Origin: Gemmatimonadota bacterium
GTDB lineage: Bacteria; Gemmatimonadota; Gemmatimonadetes; Palauibacterales; KS3-K002
Assembly (NCBI GenBank): GCA_039586795.1
Contig: JBDHJS010000011.1
Coordinates: 70,793-134,792, forward strand
Length of the DNA stretch: 64,000 nt
Direction of reading: 5' to 3'
The position numbers and the translations under genes were made by a program. The number at the start of each line of letters is the position of its first letter. Position 1 is the first letter of the stretch. A model generated the notes under the pieces. That model was not told the origin of the DNA. It made no database searches and saw only the letters and a list, made by a program, of their open reading frames with translations. This document shows positions 30,201-39,223 of the stretch, one piece after another.

Positions 30201-33023
30201 TGCCTGGTTCAGATCGAGAGCGATGAGCACCGCGATGTGGTGAGACAGCTGCTGCGCGCTCACGAGTACTGGCGCCTGAAGGGGATCTCCGCCGACCTGG
30301 TGATCCTCAATGCCCAGGCGACATCATACGTACAGGATCTTCAGGAGTCCCTCGAGGCGATGGTGGAAGCCATCCAATCCGCGGTCGGCCGTGCGGAGCA
30401 CGCCGAGCACGGAAACGTCTATGTTCTCCGGGCCGACCTCGTTCCGAGCCAGGACCAGTCGCTCTTGCGGGCTGCGGCACGCATCGCGCTGCTCGCCAGT
30501 CAGGGCTCGCTCTCCGAACAGGTGGTGCGGCTCGGGCGCGCGCGACCCGGCCCCGTCCCTACGACGCAACGGATACCCGGCGAGAAGGCGAAACCGGTAC
30601 CCGAACCGGCGCTCGACCTCGATTTCTTCAACGGGCTCGGTGGGTTCACGCGTGACGGCAGGGAGTACATCACGTTTCTCGGAAAGGGGCAGTGGACGCC
30701 GGCTCCGTGGATCAACGTGCTGGCTAATCCGCGCTTCGGGACGCAGGTCTCGGAGTCCGGCTCTTCCTATACCTGGTCGAAGAACAGTCGAGAGAACAAG
30801 CTGACGCCCTGGTCGAACGACCCGGTCAGCGACACTCCAGGCGAGATCTTCTACGTCCGTGATCGCGACACCGGTTGGGTCTGGGGCCCCACGGCCCTGC
30901 CGATCCGCGAAGAAGACTGGCCCTATGTCATTCGACACGGGCAGGGCTACACCGAGCTCGAGCACGTGTCGCACGGGATCGCGCTGGTCCTTCTCCAGTT
31001 CGTTCCACTGGACGATTCCATCAAGCTCGCGCGCCTGAGCGTGGAGAATCGTTCGCAGCGCAAGCGCCAGCTGACGGTTACGGCCTACGCCGAGTGGGTG
31101 CTGGGCGTCGAGCGGAGCGAGACGGCACCGTATGTGGTTACCGAGGTCGATGAGCAGACCGGCGCCCTCTTCGCCCGTAACGCCTGGAACGGAGAGTTCG
31201 CCAATCGCATCGCGTTCGCTGACCTGGGAGGGCAGCAGACGGCACTGACCGGCGATCGTCTCGAGTTCCTCGGCCGCAACGCGAGCCTCGACCACCCGGC
31301 ATCGCTCGAGCGGGGCATCGAGCTCAGCGGGAAAGTCGGGGCCGGTCTCGATCCCTGCGCCGCGCTCCAGACGGATCTCGAGCTCGAACCCGGCGACCGC
31401 GCCGAAGTCTTGTTCTTGCTGGGCGAGGATCAGACCCGTGAAGCGGCACGCTCGCTGGTCGAGCGTTACCGCCAGATCGATGTCGACGCGACGCTCCTCA
31501 AGGTCCGAGAGCATTGGGACGAAGTGCTGGGCGTCGTACAGGTGGAGACGCCCGATCCTTCGGTCGACCTGCTGCTCAACCGTTGGCTCCTTTACCAGTC
31601 GCTCGCCTGTCGCATATGGGCGCGCTCGGCCTTATACCAATCGGGTGGCGCGTTCGGTTTTCGAGACCAACTGCAGGACTTCATTGCTTTCACGGTGTCG
31701 CGACCCGATATCGTGCGCGAGCATCTGTTGCGAGCCTCGGCACGCCAGTTCCCCGAGGGTGACGTACAGCATTGGTGGCATCCGCCGACGGGCCGCGGCG
31801 TGCGAACCCGAATCTCCGACGATCTGCTCTGGCTCCCTTACGCGGTGGCTCACTACGTCCGGGTAACCGAGGACGTGTCCGTGCTCGACATAGCGACTCC
31901 CTGGCTGGAAGGACCCGAGCTCGAGGAGGACGAGCCGGAGGCGTATTACGAGCCTCAGGTCTCCGAGCACACTTCAACGCTCTACGAGCACTGCGCCCGG
32001 ACGCTGGATCGCAGTCTGAAGACGGGCGCTCACGGCCTTCCCCTCATCGGCGGCGGCGACTGGAACGACGGCATGAACCGTGTTGGTTGGCAGGGTGCCG
32101 GCGAGAGCGTCTGGTTGGGCTGGTTTCTGCACTACAACCTGATCGAGTTCGCACCGATCGCGGAGCAGCGGGGCGAGGTCGAGCGCGCCGCGCGCTGGCG
32201 CCAGGCGGCAGCGGCTCTGCAATCGGCGCTGGAAACGGAAGCGTGGGATGGTGAGTGGTATCGGCGCGCCTTCTACGACGACGGAACACCGCTCGGATCG
32301 GCGGAGAATGATGAATGCCAGATCGACTCGATCGCTCAGTCGTGGGCCGTGATCTCCGGCGCCGGCGACGAGACGCGGGCCCGCCGGGCCATGGCCTCGG
32401 TGGAGGAGAGACTGATCCGCTGGGGCGATCGCCTGGCCCTGCTGTTCGAGCCACCGTTCGACAAGACGCCTACCGACCCCGGGTACATCAAGGGCTACCT
32501 GCCCGGTATCCGCGAGAACGGCGGACAATACACGCACGCAGCGATTTGGAACGTCGTGGCCTTCGCCATGCTCGGCGAGGGTGACAAGGCGGTCGAGCTG
32601 TTCAACCTGCTGAGTCCCATCCATCACGCGAGCCGCCGTGCCGACATTCATCGCTACAAAGTCGAGCCCTACGTCGTCGCCGCAGACGTCTACTCGCAGC
32701 CGCCCCACGTGGGACGTGGGGGCTGGACCTGGTACACGGGCGCCGCCGGCTGGCTATATCGAGCCGGAATCGAGTGGATACTGGGGTTCCGCAAACGAGG
32801 CTCTGGCCTGCACATCGATCCGTGCATTCCCAGGGACTGGGAAGGGTTCCGGATCAGCTACCGTCACGGCGATGCCGTATACCGGATCAAAGTGGAGAAC
32901 CCCTCCGGCGTTTGCCGTGGCGTGTCGAGAATTGTCGTAGATGGGAACGTGCTCGATGATGGCGCGCCCGTGCCGCTGAGCGATGATGAAATCGAGCACG
33001 AAGTGCGCGTGATCTTGGGATGA
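24237..33023 (+). CDS. ndvB: Cyclic beta-1,2-glucan synthase (Cgs/NdvB/ChvB; GT84 plus glucoamylase-like and GH94 phosphorylase domains)
   Basis: 2928 aa; WMGWERKRGKL, ITLDADT, LLSHDLFE, RWVRGDWQL, LPPDNFQE, YDLLASEARL, YQSGGAFGFRDQLQD, GDWNDGMN, RENGGQYTH. Confidence 0.95.
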   Translation: MSGQPRVSSREAATFFRASDEQPIRAEIFGIERLEQHAESLARAQVTTGKPSRGRNLLPRVHENGRTLLAAYRNIVDAVREKSEITPAEEWFLDNFHIVEEQLREIRDHLPRRYYRLLPKIAEGHLALYPRVYGLAWAYVAHTDSRFELETLEHFVDAYQRVQPLTIGEVWAVAILLRVALVENLRRLAQQIISSRQARAAADDLADRFLGLGGRPVEQAHDILDGLSDAPLTDAFAVELVQRLRDQDPSVMPALDWLNRKLSAQGTSAAEMVAREHQAQAAANATVRNIIGSMRWMSSIDWLDFFEDVSLTDRILRTAPGFAGMDFATRNEYRTQIELLSRGSDRPETEIAREAVRLAAAASDTAAVERANAEIGSLEAAPRLRDVPKHPEEDPGCYLISYRRREFEQHLGFHVPLQLRVRRAVRALATGGYLGAIALLTAALVAAPLYFTWSAGARPWILTLLGILGLVPASDVAVAVVNRLVPILVPPKLLPKLELADGVPRELRSLVVVPTLLSSRADIEEQLERLEVHYLANPEGHLHFALLSDWKDAPEETMPDDDELLAALAEGVQRLNERHGGPSGGGDRFLLLHRRRAWNEKEGKRGKWMGWERKRGKLHELNLLLRGNVDTSYMPVGGKPPTVPADVRFVITLDADTRLPKGTAYRLVGTMAHPLNRPRYDFGKGRVVSGYGILQPRITPSLPTGPQSTPYQRIISGPGGVDPYAAAVSDVYQDLFDEGSFTGKGIYDIDAYETALAGKVPENALLSHDLFESIFARAGLVTDVDLFEEFPSNYEVAARRIHRWVRGDWQLLPWILGYARDGHGSKVRIPTIGRWKMVDNLRRSLSPPTAYLLAVAAWVLPAVDPFLWTGLFVGSILVPQLIPLIDGLIPQRWGISKRNHLRAVRNDLIVASTQSLLSLTVLAHQTRLMTHAITRTLWRLYISKRNLLEWVTAAQAGFGIDLRLRSFFQHLRWGVFLGALAGIAFLVFKPSAWPVAGPLALLWLLSPVTAWRVSRPPRVPREMILTDDEVRALRLTARRTWAFFERFVTAEDNFLPPDNFQEDPEPVVAHRTSPTNLGLYLLSTMVARDFGWIGMVEMIERLEATLKTMNDMQRVRGHFFNWYGTRDLRPLDPRYVSTVDSGNLAGHLIGLAQGCRGLLNRPLIDSEMTDGIRDAVLLLLEAVERTAHPQRTQTVTAEQLRDAASEMFALLEDAPTSLSGRLALLEEMEAQADTTLDIARTLSSDAEERAKPEIVVWATAIRNSIRSHARDLETTMPWLGRFAHESITRDAVPTAAQIPALAHAVKREFESPVQDGNAGAESLSPEELEGLELAAGGLVHRLSGLALLAERMVRTMDFRFLFDRSRKLFSIGYRVADGAPDPSYYDLLASEARLASFVAIAKGDISPRHWFLLGRSLTPVGGGAALLSWSGSMFEYLMPSLVMRQPAHSLLDLTSRLVVGRQIRYGAERRVPWGVSESAYNVRDVELTYQYSDFGVPGLGLKRGLFEDVVVAPYATALAAMVDPQAAVLNFSALEAAEALGSFGFYESLDYTPSRLPENELLAVVRAYMAHHQGMTIVALGNVLHNGLMPSRFHAHPMVQAAELLLQERTPRSVAVARPRGEEVQVAAHVRDVVPPTLRRFESPHDITPRTHILSNGRFTTMVTAAGSGFTRQGDLAITRWREDTTRDCMGLFVFLRDAESGEVWSAGFQPSGTEAENYEVIYSEDRAKIIQSHRSLTITLEVVVSPEDDADLRRLTVSNLADSDREIDFTSYAEVALAPQGADVAHPSFSNLFVHTEFVPELGALLATRRPRSADEPRVWLAHVAAVEGETVGELQYETDRARFLGRGRGIRTPMSVVDGGPLSDTVGPVLDPIVSLRHRVVVPAGGTAHVLFSTLVAATREQALDVAEKYRQPATFERESSLAWTQAQVQLHHLRITQDEAHLFQRLANRLLYADPTLRAAPQELARNELGRFELWGYGISGDLPICLVQIESDEHRDVVRQLLRAHEYWRLKGISADLVILNAQATSYVQDLQESLEAMVEAIQSAVGRAEHAEHGNVYVLRADLVPSQDQSLLRAAARIALLASQGSLSEQVVRLGRARPGPVPTTQRIPGEKAKPVPEPALDLDFFNGLGGFTRDGREYITFLGKGQWTPAPWINVLANPRFGTQVSESGSSYTWSKNSRENKLTPWSNDPVSDTPGEIFYVRDRDTGWVWGPTALPIREEDWPYVIRHGQGYTELEHVSHGIALVLLQFVPLDDSIKLARLSVENRSQRKRQLTVTAYAEWVLGVERSETAPYVVTEVDEQTGALFARNAWNGEFANRIAFADLGGQQTALTGDRLEFLGRNASLDHPASLERGIELSGKVGAGLDPCAALQTDLELEPGDRAEVLFLLGEDQTREAARSLVERYRQIDVDATLLKVREHWDEVLGVVQVETPDPSVDLLLNRWLLYQSLACRIWARSALYQSGGAFGFRDQLQDFIAFTVSRPDIVREHLLRASARQFPEGDVQHWWHPPTGRGVRTRISDDLLWLPYAVAHYVRVTEDVSVLDIATPWLEGPELEEDEPEAYYEPQVSEHTSTLYEHCARTLDRSLKTGAHGLPLIGGGDWNDGMNRVGWQGAGESVWLGWFLHYNLIEFAPIAEQRGEVERAARWRQAAAALQSALETEAWDGEWYRRAFYDDGTPLGSAENDECQIDSIAQSWAVISGAGDETRARRAMASVEERLIRWGDRLALLFEPPFDKTPTDPGYIKGYLPGIRENGGQYTHAAIWNVVAFAMLGEGDKAVELFNLLSPIHHASRRADIHRYKVEPYVVAADVYSQPPHVGRGGWTWYTGAAGWLYRAGIEWILGFRKRGSGLHIDPCIPRDWEGFRISYRHGDAVYRIKVENPSGVCRGVSRIVVDGNVLDDGAPVPLSDDEIEHEVRVILG

Positions 33024-33076
33024 TCCTCCGGCTGCCATGCGCTCCCATTCCGGAGCTCGTGCCGGTTCTGAGTGCC

Positions 33077-33105
33077 TTGCCCACCGCACTCCCGGCGGGT
33101 AAGAT
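33077..33105 (+). promoter_or_regulatory. sigma70-type promoter of the SSS-cydAB region
   Basis: TTGCCC-N17-TAAGAT; both hexamers are conserved in the duplicate at 23987-24015 while the spacer varies. Confidence 0.65.
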
Positions 33106-33147
33106 GTCCCGCTGACGAAACCCGACCCCAAACAACGCACAGACATC

Positions 33148-35058
33148 TTGGTCACGTTCACAGGATTAGACTGGTTCTGGGCCAGCACCTTCCTCCTGCT
33201 GATGGTGGGAGGCGCCTTCTTCTTCTATCGGCTGGCCCGCCGCTCCGAGTCCGATTTCTTCCTGGCCGGCCGCGGCCTGCCCTGGTGGCTGCCGGCCTCG
33301 TCGGTTTTCAGCACGCATACGGCGACCGACACGCCGATGTGGGTGACCGGCGTGATCTACGCCCACGGACTGCGGGGTCTCTGGTACACGTTCTTCACCG
33401 CCTGGACGGCGATCGCTTCGTTCGTCTCCGCTCGCATCTTCCGCCGCTCCCTCGCCTACACGCAAGCCGAGTGGCAGGTGATGCGGTTCGGCGGATTGGG
33501 CGCCGAGCTGCTGCGCGGCTGGATGGCCGGCTGGCAGGTGTTCATGAACATGTTCATCCTCGGCTGGGTGGGCATCGCCATGGGCAAGGTGGGGAATCTG
33601 GTGTTCGGCTGGCCGGTCTGGGTGGGGCTGGTCGGGCCGAGCGCCATCACCGCGATCTACACGCTGGCCGCTGGCTACTGGGGCGTGGTGATGGGCGACT
33701 TCCTACAGGGGATCGTCGCCGTCTTCGCCATTGTGATGGTCACGGTGGTCGGCATCATGGCGGTAGGCGGACCGGCGGAGGTATCGGCGCGCCTCATCGA
33801 CATGGGTGAGGCGTGGCGACTGGACGTGTTCGCGTTCACGGGAATATTCACTGGCGATTTCCCCGCCGCATGGTGGTTGACGATGCTTGTCATTGCCATC
33901 GTCGGGGGCTTCGGGATGGGGACGAGCATCGATTGGTACGTGGAGGCGCAGCGTATCCAGTCGGCGAAGACGGTCCGCGACGCGAGCTACGGTCTGTGGG
34001 CGGGCGGCGCGCTGACGCTGGTGCGCAACGGATTCTGGGCTGCGGTCATACTCGCCTTCTTCGTGCTTGCGCCCAACATCGCGAACGTAGCCGACTACGA
34101 GCTGGGCTGGTTCCGCATGGGCTTCGAGTTGCTGCCCGTGGGTATGGTGGGCGTGTTCATGGGCGCGATACTCGCCATACACCTGTCGACGATCTCCAGT
34201 CACCTGAACCTGGGCGCACTCTATTTCACCCGCGACCTATACCAGCGCTACATCAACCCGCGAGCATCGGAACGCCGGCTCGTCTGGATGGGTCGGGCCG
34301 CGACGTTCGTGTTGTTGCTCGGCTCGTTCTTCTACGGGTTGATGATGGAGGAGATCACCGCCTGGTTGATCTTCGCGCTCTGGCTGATGATGGCGGGCAT
34401 CTGGCTGCCCAACATCCTTCAGGTGGTCTGGTGGCGCTTCAACGCCTGGGGCTACCTGGCGTCCTGGATGGCGAACCTGGGAGTGTCGTGGTTGGTCGTC
34501 TGGATTCTGCCCGCGTTCGATGTGTTTCCGCCGCTGCCCGACTACGGTCAGTTCTGGCTGCTGATGGCATTGGGCGCGTTGGTCTTCATACCGGCCACAC
34601 TGCTCACGCCGCCGGAGAAGATTGATCACCTGGTCCACTACTACGTGCAGACGCGGCCGCTGGGTTGGTGGGGTCCGGTGCAACGGGAGGCGGAGCGCCG
34701 CGGTCTGATCGCCCCAGAGACGAAGCCGGCACAAGCGGGTCGGCGGCCTCTGATCCGCCGCAACTGGACGCCGGAGGAGGCCGACGGCTGGAGCCGCGAG
34801 GACTGGATCGCCATCATCCTGTCGCCCATCGTCTACGCGCTCATCATCATAGGCGTAGCACGACTGCTGCTGGGGCTGCTGGACGGGGCGTTGATCACGC
34901 TGGGTGCGCTTGTCGGAGCGTTCCTGCTCTACTGGGTGATCGACCCGAAGCTGCGGGCGGTCTCGTCCGAATACGAAGCGAAGCAAGCGCAATACCTCGA
35001 AGAACTTGAGCGCAGCGTGCGCTGGGATGAGAGCGCGCTGGACGCGACGGAGGGATAG
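33148..35058 (+). CDS. Sodium:solute symporter (SSS) family transporter
   Basis: DFFLAGRGLPWW, GYWGVVMGDFLQ, AQRIQSAK, STISSHLN; about 13-15 TM helices. Confidence 0.9.
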   Translation: MVTFTGLDWFWASTFLLLMVGGAFFFYRLARRSESDFFLAGRGLPWWLPASSVFSTHTATDTPMWVTGVIYAHGLRGLWYTFFTAWTAIASFVSARIFRRSLAYTQAEWQVMRFGGLGAELLRGWMAGWQVFMNMFILGWVGIAMGKVGNLVFGWPVWVGLVGPSAITAIYTLAAGYWGVVMGDFLQGIVAVFAIVMVTVVGIMAVGGPAEVSARLIDMGEAWRLDVFAFTGIFTGDFPAAWWLTMLVIAIVGGFGMGTSIDWYVEAQRIQSAKTVRDASYGLWAGGALTLVRNGFWAAVILAFFVLAPNIANVADYELGWFRMGFELLPVGMVGVFMGAILAIHLSTISSHLNLGALYFTRDLYQRYINPRASERRLVWMGRAATFVLLLGSFFYGLMMEEITAWLIFALWLMMAGIWLPNILQVVWWRFNAWGYLASWMANLGVSWLVVWILPAFDVFPPLPDYGQFWLLMALGALVFIPATLLTPPEKIDHLVHYYVQTRPLGWWGPVQREAERRGLIAPETKPAQAGRRPLIRRNWTPEEADGWSREDWIAIILSPIVYALIIIGVARLLLGLLDGALITLGALVGAFLLYWVIDPKLRAVSSEYEAKQAQYLEELERSVRWDESALDATEG

Positions 35059-35061
35059 GAT

Positions 35062-35193
35062 ATGGATCGCGGACTCGTCACTCTGATCGGAATGAGCATC
35101 GCGTACGTCGCCTCGTTCCTGGGCCTGGGGTTCGCGTACTGGGGTTGGAAGAAGCACCTGCGGTCGGATGCGAAACGGGAGGACTCGCGATGA
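35062..35193 (+). CDS. 43-aa single-TM membrane protein (below the ORF-track cutoff)
   Basis: MDRGLVTLIGMSIAYVASFLGLGFAYWGWKKHLRSDAKREDSR; starts 3 nt after the SSS stop, with RBS GGAGG. Confidence 0.7.
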   Translation: MDRGLVTLIGMSIAYVASFLGLGFAYWGWKKHLRSDAKREDSR

Positions 35194-35369
35194 CGCCCAC
35201 ATCGCTACTTGGGATCGCCGTGATGCAGTCGAGCGACGTGGCGCCTCTGGCAGCGGAAGCCCCTATCGGTGGGCCGCTGTGGAGCTACGTGGTTCCCGCT
35301 CTGCTGCTGTTAGTGGCGACGGCCAGCACGTTTGCGCTGTATCGGCACTTCGCGAAAGAAGGTGAATAG
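35190..35369 (+). CDS. 59-aa small membrane protein
   Basis: ATGA-coupled to the previous ORF; RBS GGGAGG; TM segment WSYVVPALLLLVATASTFALY followed by RHFAK. Confidence 0.65.
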   Translation: MTPTSLLGIAVMQSSDVAPLAAEAPIGGPLWSYVVPALLLLVATASTFALYRHFAKEGE

Positions 35370-35399
35370 GCCGCCTGTCCGGGAGTCAGGGGGTTTGTC

Positions 35400-36743
35400 A
35401 TGGACGTCGAGATACTGTCGCGTCTGCAGTTCGCTGTCACTATAGCTTTCCACTACATCTTTCCGCCCATGAGCATCGGACTGGGTTTGCTCCTCGTGTT
35501 CATGGAGGGGATGTACCTGAAGACTGGCAAGCAGCTCTATCACGAGATGACCCGTTTCTGGGTTAAGATTTTTGGTCTAATCTTCGCCCTCGGTGTGGCC
35601 TCGGGGATCGTCATGGAGTTCCAGTTTGGCACCAACTGGGCCGAGTACTCGCGCTACGTGGGCGACATCTTCGGCGCCGCGCTGGCGGCCGAGGGGATCT
35701 TTGCCTTCTTCCTCGAGTCGGGCTTCCTGGCGATTCTGCTGTTCGGCTGGGACAAGGTGAAACCACGCACCCATTTCCTCGCCACGGTGATGGTGGCAGC
35801 GGGAGCTCACTTCAGCGCCATTTGGATCGTGGTGGCGAATTCGTGGCAGCAGACGCCGGCCGGCTACCACATCGTTGAGAAGGTCGGCGGCGGCTTCCGG
35901 GCCGAATTGACGAGCTTCTGGGAGGCGGTGCTCAATCCTTCGTTCCTCGACCGCATCACTCACGTCTACATGGGGGCCTGGCAGGCGGGTGCTTTCCTGG
36001 TGTTGAGCGTCAGCGCCTATTACATGCTGCGAGGAAAGCATCAAGAGTTCGCCAGGGCGTCGATTAAGATCGCCCTCGTGCTGGCGGTTGCCGCCTCGCT
36101 TTTGCAGCTGGTGACCGGTCACAGCAGCGCCGTTGGTGTGGCCGCCAACCAGCCTGTAAAGCTCGCCGCCTTCGAAGGTCATTTCGAGACAGCGCCGGCG
36201 CCGCTCTACATCGCCGGCTGGGTCAATGAGGATGCGGGTAGCACGGCAGGCGTGAAGATTCCCGGCATGCTGAGCTGGCTGGTTCACGGCGACGCCAGCG
36301 TTTCGGTTACTGGCCTGGATAGGTTCGACGATGCGGACCGACCGCCGGTCAATATCGTCTTCCAGTCCTTCCATCTAATGGTGGGAATCGGTTTCCTGCT
36401 AATCATCGTCGCTGTGCTTGGCACGCTCTTCTGGTGGCGCGGCAGGCTGTTCCAGACGCGCTGGTTGCTGTGGGTCTTCGTCTTCTCCGTGCTCGGCCCG
36501 CAGTTCGCCAACCAGCTGGGCTGGCTGTCGGCAGAAGTCGGGCGTCAGCCGTGGATCGTCTACAACCTACTACGCACATCAGACGCGCTCTCGAACGTCG
36601 TCTCGGCTAATCAGGTGATCGCGTCGCTGGTGATGTTCGGACTCATCTACCTGTTCTTGCTCGCGCTCTTCATCTACCTGCTGAACGAGAAGATCCAACA
36701 CGGTCCGGGCGAGACTGCGCTCGAAGAGGGGAGGCGCGCATGA
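35400..36743 (+). CDS. cydA: Cytochrome bd ubiquinol oxidase subunit I (short Q-loop)
   Basis: [48 protein letters not shown]. Confidence 0.97.
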   Translation: MDVEILSRLQFAVTIAFHYIFPPMSIGLGLLLVFMEGMYLKTGKQLYHEMTRFWVKIFGLIFALGVASGIVMEFQFGTNWAEYSRYVGDIFGAALAAEGIFAFFLESGFLAILLFGWDKVKPRTHFLATVMVAAGAHFSAIWIVVANSWQQTPAGYHIVEKVGGGFRAELTSFWEAVLNPSFLDRITHVYMGAWQAGAFLVLSVSAYYMLRGKHQEFARASIKIALVLAVAASLLQLVTGHSSAVGVAANQPVKLAAFEGHFETAPAPLYIAGWVNEDAGSTAGVKIPGMLSWLVHGDASVSVTGLDRFDDADRPPVNIVFQSFHLMVGIGFLLIIVAVLGTLFWWRGRLFQTRWLLWVFVFSVLGPQFANQLGWLSAEVGRQPWIVYNLLRTSDALSNVVSANQVIASLVMFGLIYLFLLALFIYLLNEKIQHGPGETALEEGRRA

Positions 36744-37762
36744 GTCTCGACCTGAATACAGTATGGTTCGTCTTGGTCGGAGCGCTGCTGGCTGGCTACG
36801 CCGTACTCGACGGCTTCGATCTGGGCGTCGGCGCTCTCCACCTTTTTACGAAATCGGATCATGACCGGCGCATCATGCTGAACGCCATCGGGCCGGTTTG
36901 GGACGGAAACGAGGTCTGGCTGGTGACAGGCGGTGGCGCTCTGTTCGCCGCCTTCCCCGAGGTATACGCCAGCGCATTCTCTGGCTTTTACATCGCCTTC
37001 ATGCTACTGCTCGCTGCCCTCATCTTCCGGGCCGTCGCCATTGAATTCCGCAGCAAGCGCGAGCCGCCGACCTGGCGAAAGGGGTGGGACATGAGTTTTG
37101 CCGTCAGCAGCATCGTCTCATCGCTGCTGATCGGCGTCGCGCTGGGCAACATCGCACTGGGCATCCCGTTGAACGCCAGCGGCGAGTATACCGGCGGCCT
37201 ATTTGGCCTGCTGCGGCCGTACCCCCTGGTGGTCGGCGTCACCACGCTGGCTCTCTTCTCGATGCATGGCGCCATCTACGTGGTGATGAAGAGCGAGGGG
37301 GAGTTGCAGGAACAGGTGCGAAGTTGGATACCGCGGCTCATCGCCTTCTTCGCGATCGGCTACATGTTCACCACGATGCTGACCCTCGTCTTCGCGCCGC
37401 ACATGCAGGACACCTTGCTCGCCCACCCGGTGCTCTTCCTCGTCCCGCTGCTCAACGTCATGGTCATCGCCAACATCCCGCGGGAGGTGTTCCACGGAAA
37501 CGAGTTCCGGGCCTTTCTCTCGTCCTGTGCCGCGATGGTGCTCCTGATGGCGCTGTTCGGTATCGGCATGTATCCCAACATGATTCTGTCGAGCCCGATC
37601 GCCGAGCACAGCTTGACCATCTACAACGCCGCCTCGTCAGTGAAGACGCACACGATCATGCTGATCATCGCGCTGATCGGCATGCCGATCGTGGTGGCCT
37701 ATACGTTCAGTATCTACTGGATCTTCCGCGGCAAGGTGAAGCTGGATGCAACGAGCTACTGA
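36740..37762 (+). CDS. cydB: Cytochrome bd ubiquinol oxidase subunit II
   Basis: LDGFDLGVG, IGPVWDGNEVWL, FAAFP, AIEFRSK. Confidence 0.97.
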   Translation: MSLDLNTVWFVLVGALLAGYAVLDGFDLGVGALHLFTKSDHDRRIMLNAIGPVWDGNEVWLVTGGGALFAAFPEVYASAFSGFYIAFMLLLAALIFRAVAIEFRSKREPPTWRKGWDMSFAVSSIVSSLLIGVALGNIALGIPLNASGEYTGGLFGLLRPYPLVVGVTTLALFSMHGAIYVVMKSEGELQEQVRSWIPRLIAFFAIGYMFTTMLTLVFAPHMQDTLLAHPVLFLVPLLNVMVIANIPREVFHGNEFRAFLSSCAAMVLLMALFGIGMYPNMILSSPIAEHSLTIYNAASSVKTHTIMLIIALIGMPIVVAYTFSIYWIFRGKVKLDATSY

Positions 37763-37834
37763 ACATTGAACATTGAGCACGGCACATTGGACATTGACAA
37801 TGTTGAATGTGCCGTGCTGAATGTTCATTGTTCA
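37760..37834. repeat. 75-bp palindrome built from ACATTGA-type heptamers between convergent cydB and GH47 genes
   Basis: TGAACATTGAACATTGAGCACGGCACATTGGACATTG and its near-perfect inverse; the arms contain both stop codons. Confidence 0.85.
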
Positions 37835-39186
37835 ACTGCAAACGGATGCGCTTCGGTGTTGAAGACCACCTTGTCGAAGTCTAGAACTTCCGGTGACGCG
37901 AACAACAGATAGGCGTACTTAAGGGTCTCCGCCAAGAAGAACGACTCCATCTGGTCGCCCTGTTCCATCGTCGTCACATCGTTGAGCATAGTGTAGCCAC
38001 TCTCCGTCCGCGTATGCTCGACGATTCGCTCGAACATGCGGCGGCCCATTTCTAGATAGATTGCGTCTCCGGTTAGTCGATACAGGTAATACGCCGATTC
38101 TATGGCCTCGGGCCGCAGGTAGTAGGCCGGATACACGACTTCCATCGTCACGTAGTCCAGCTGTTCCGGCTCGATCTGGAACGTCTCCCACATCAAGAAC
38201 ACCGATCCCATTAGCCTCTCAGCGCGCTCCACATCGCCGCCCATCGCTAGTACCGCCGGCATGAAGGCGTCCAACGATCCGAAGCGCGTGGCGGTCCGCT
38301 CACCGGTATTCATGTCGACATGCCCGTACCAGTAGCCGCTGTCGCGCTCGTCAGGCAGATACGTGTTCACCGCCGCGATGCTCGTTTCCCACATCTCCCG
38401 AAAGTCTTCGTCATCGAATAGCAGCCAGGCCTTGAGCAGGTACTCGTAGTACGAGTCGATCATCCCCGTTATATGGCTCTTCGTGTTCACCCACTCGCCG
38501 GTCTCCACGTTGATCGTCGTGCCGACCAGACCGATCTCAGAGCGGCGCTCGAACAGCGCGACGACGCCTCGCTTCACCGTATCGTAGTAGACGGGGTTCC
38601 CCGTCAACTTGCTTAGCGTCCCGAACTCCAGCGTCAGCGTGCCGATCTCTGCCGGGTTCATGACCGGGCCGCGCGTCTCACCGGTGCGCAGGTTCACGCC
38701 CCAGTACGGCATCCCGGTGGGCGAACCGAACGCCGGCAATAACCGGTCGGCCAGATCGACGGCCAACTCCAGAAAGCGCGGGTCGCCGTCCATCTGATAG
38801 GCCGAGATCAAACCGCCCAGGTGCCGGATCGTGATCTCGAAGACCTGAACGGTGAAATCCTGATCGAACGACAGGTTCTCGAGCACAAGCTGCTTCGCCC
38901 GCTCCGCTTCCTCGTCGAGCCCCATCAGCAGCATCGTGTCGAACGCGTCGAGGGGCGTCATGTAGAGTGACGCGTCGTGCCAGTCGTAGCCGGTGCGGCT
39001 CAGCGGTCGCAAACCATCGTGCCCCCAGGCGTGCTCGACATAACCATTCCAGGCGTGCAGAAACTCCGCCTTCACCTGCTCGGCGAGCATAGGGTCGCCG
39101 AGCGCATCTGGTCTCGGTCGCTCGCACGCAGCGCCGGTGGTGAAGGTTAGAGTCGCGATCAGAAGTCCACGTACGCACGTGTTCAT
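37825..39186 (-). CDS. GH47 alpha-1,2-mannosidase family lipoprotein
   Basis: AWNGYVEHAWGHD, VFEITIR, AEIGTLTLEF, DSYYEYLLK, LRPEAIES, MESFFLAETLKY, FNTEAHP; probable start MNTCVRG. Confidence 0.92.
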   Translation of the reverse strand: MNTCVRGLLIATLTFTTGAACERPRPDALGDPMLAEQVKAEFLHAWNGYVEHAWGHDGLRPLSRTGYDWHDASLYMTPLDAFDTMLLMGLDEEAERAKQLVLENLSFDQDFTVQVFEITIRHLGGLISAYQMDGDPRFLELAVDLADRLLPAFGSPTGMPYWGVNLRTGETRGPVMNPAEIGTLTLEFGTLSKLTGNPVYYDTVKRGVVALFERRSEIGLVGTTINVETGEWVNTKSHITGMIDSYYEYLLKAWLLFDDEDFREMWETSIAAVNTYLPDERDSGYWYGHVDMNTGERTATRFGSLDAFMPAVLAMGGDVERAERLMGSVFLMWETFQIEPEQLDYVTMEVVYPAYYLRPEAIESAYYLYRLTGDAIYLEMGRRMFERIVEHTRTESGYTMLNDVTTMEQGDQMESFFLAETLKYAYLLFASPEVLDFDKVVFNTEAHPFAVEQ

Positions 39187-39223
39187 TTTGGTCACCCGGT
39201 CGTTCGATGGTCTGCGGCCGATA

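Noticed and set aside
24042..33000. Many long antisense and alternate-frame ORFs inside cgs and other genes
   Set aside because: Expected shadow ORFs of high-GC coding sequence; Arg/Pro/Ala-rich with no motifs
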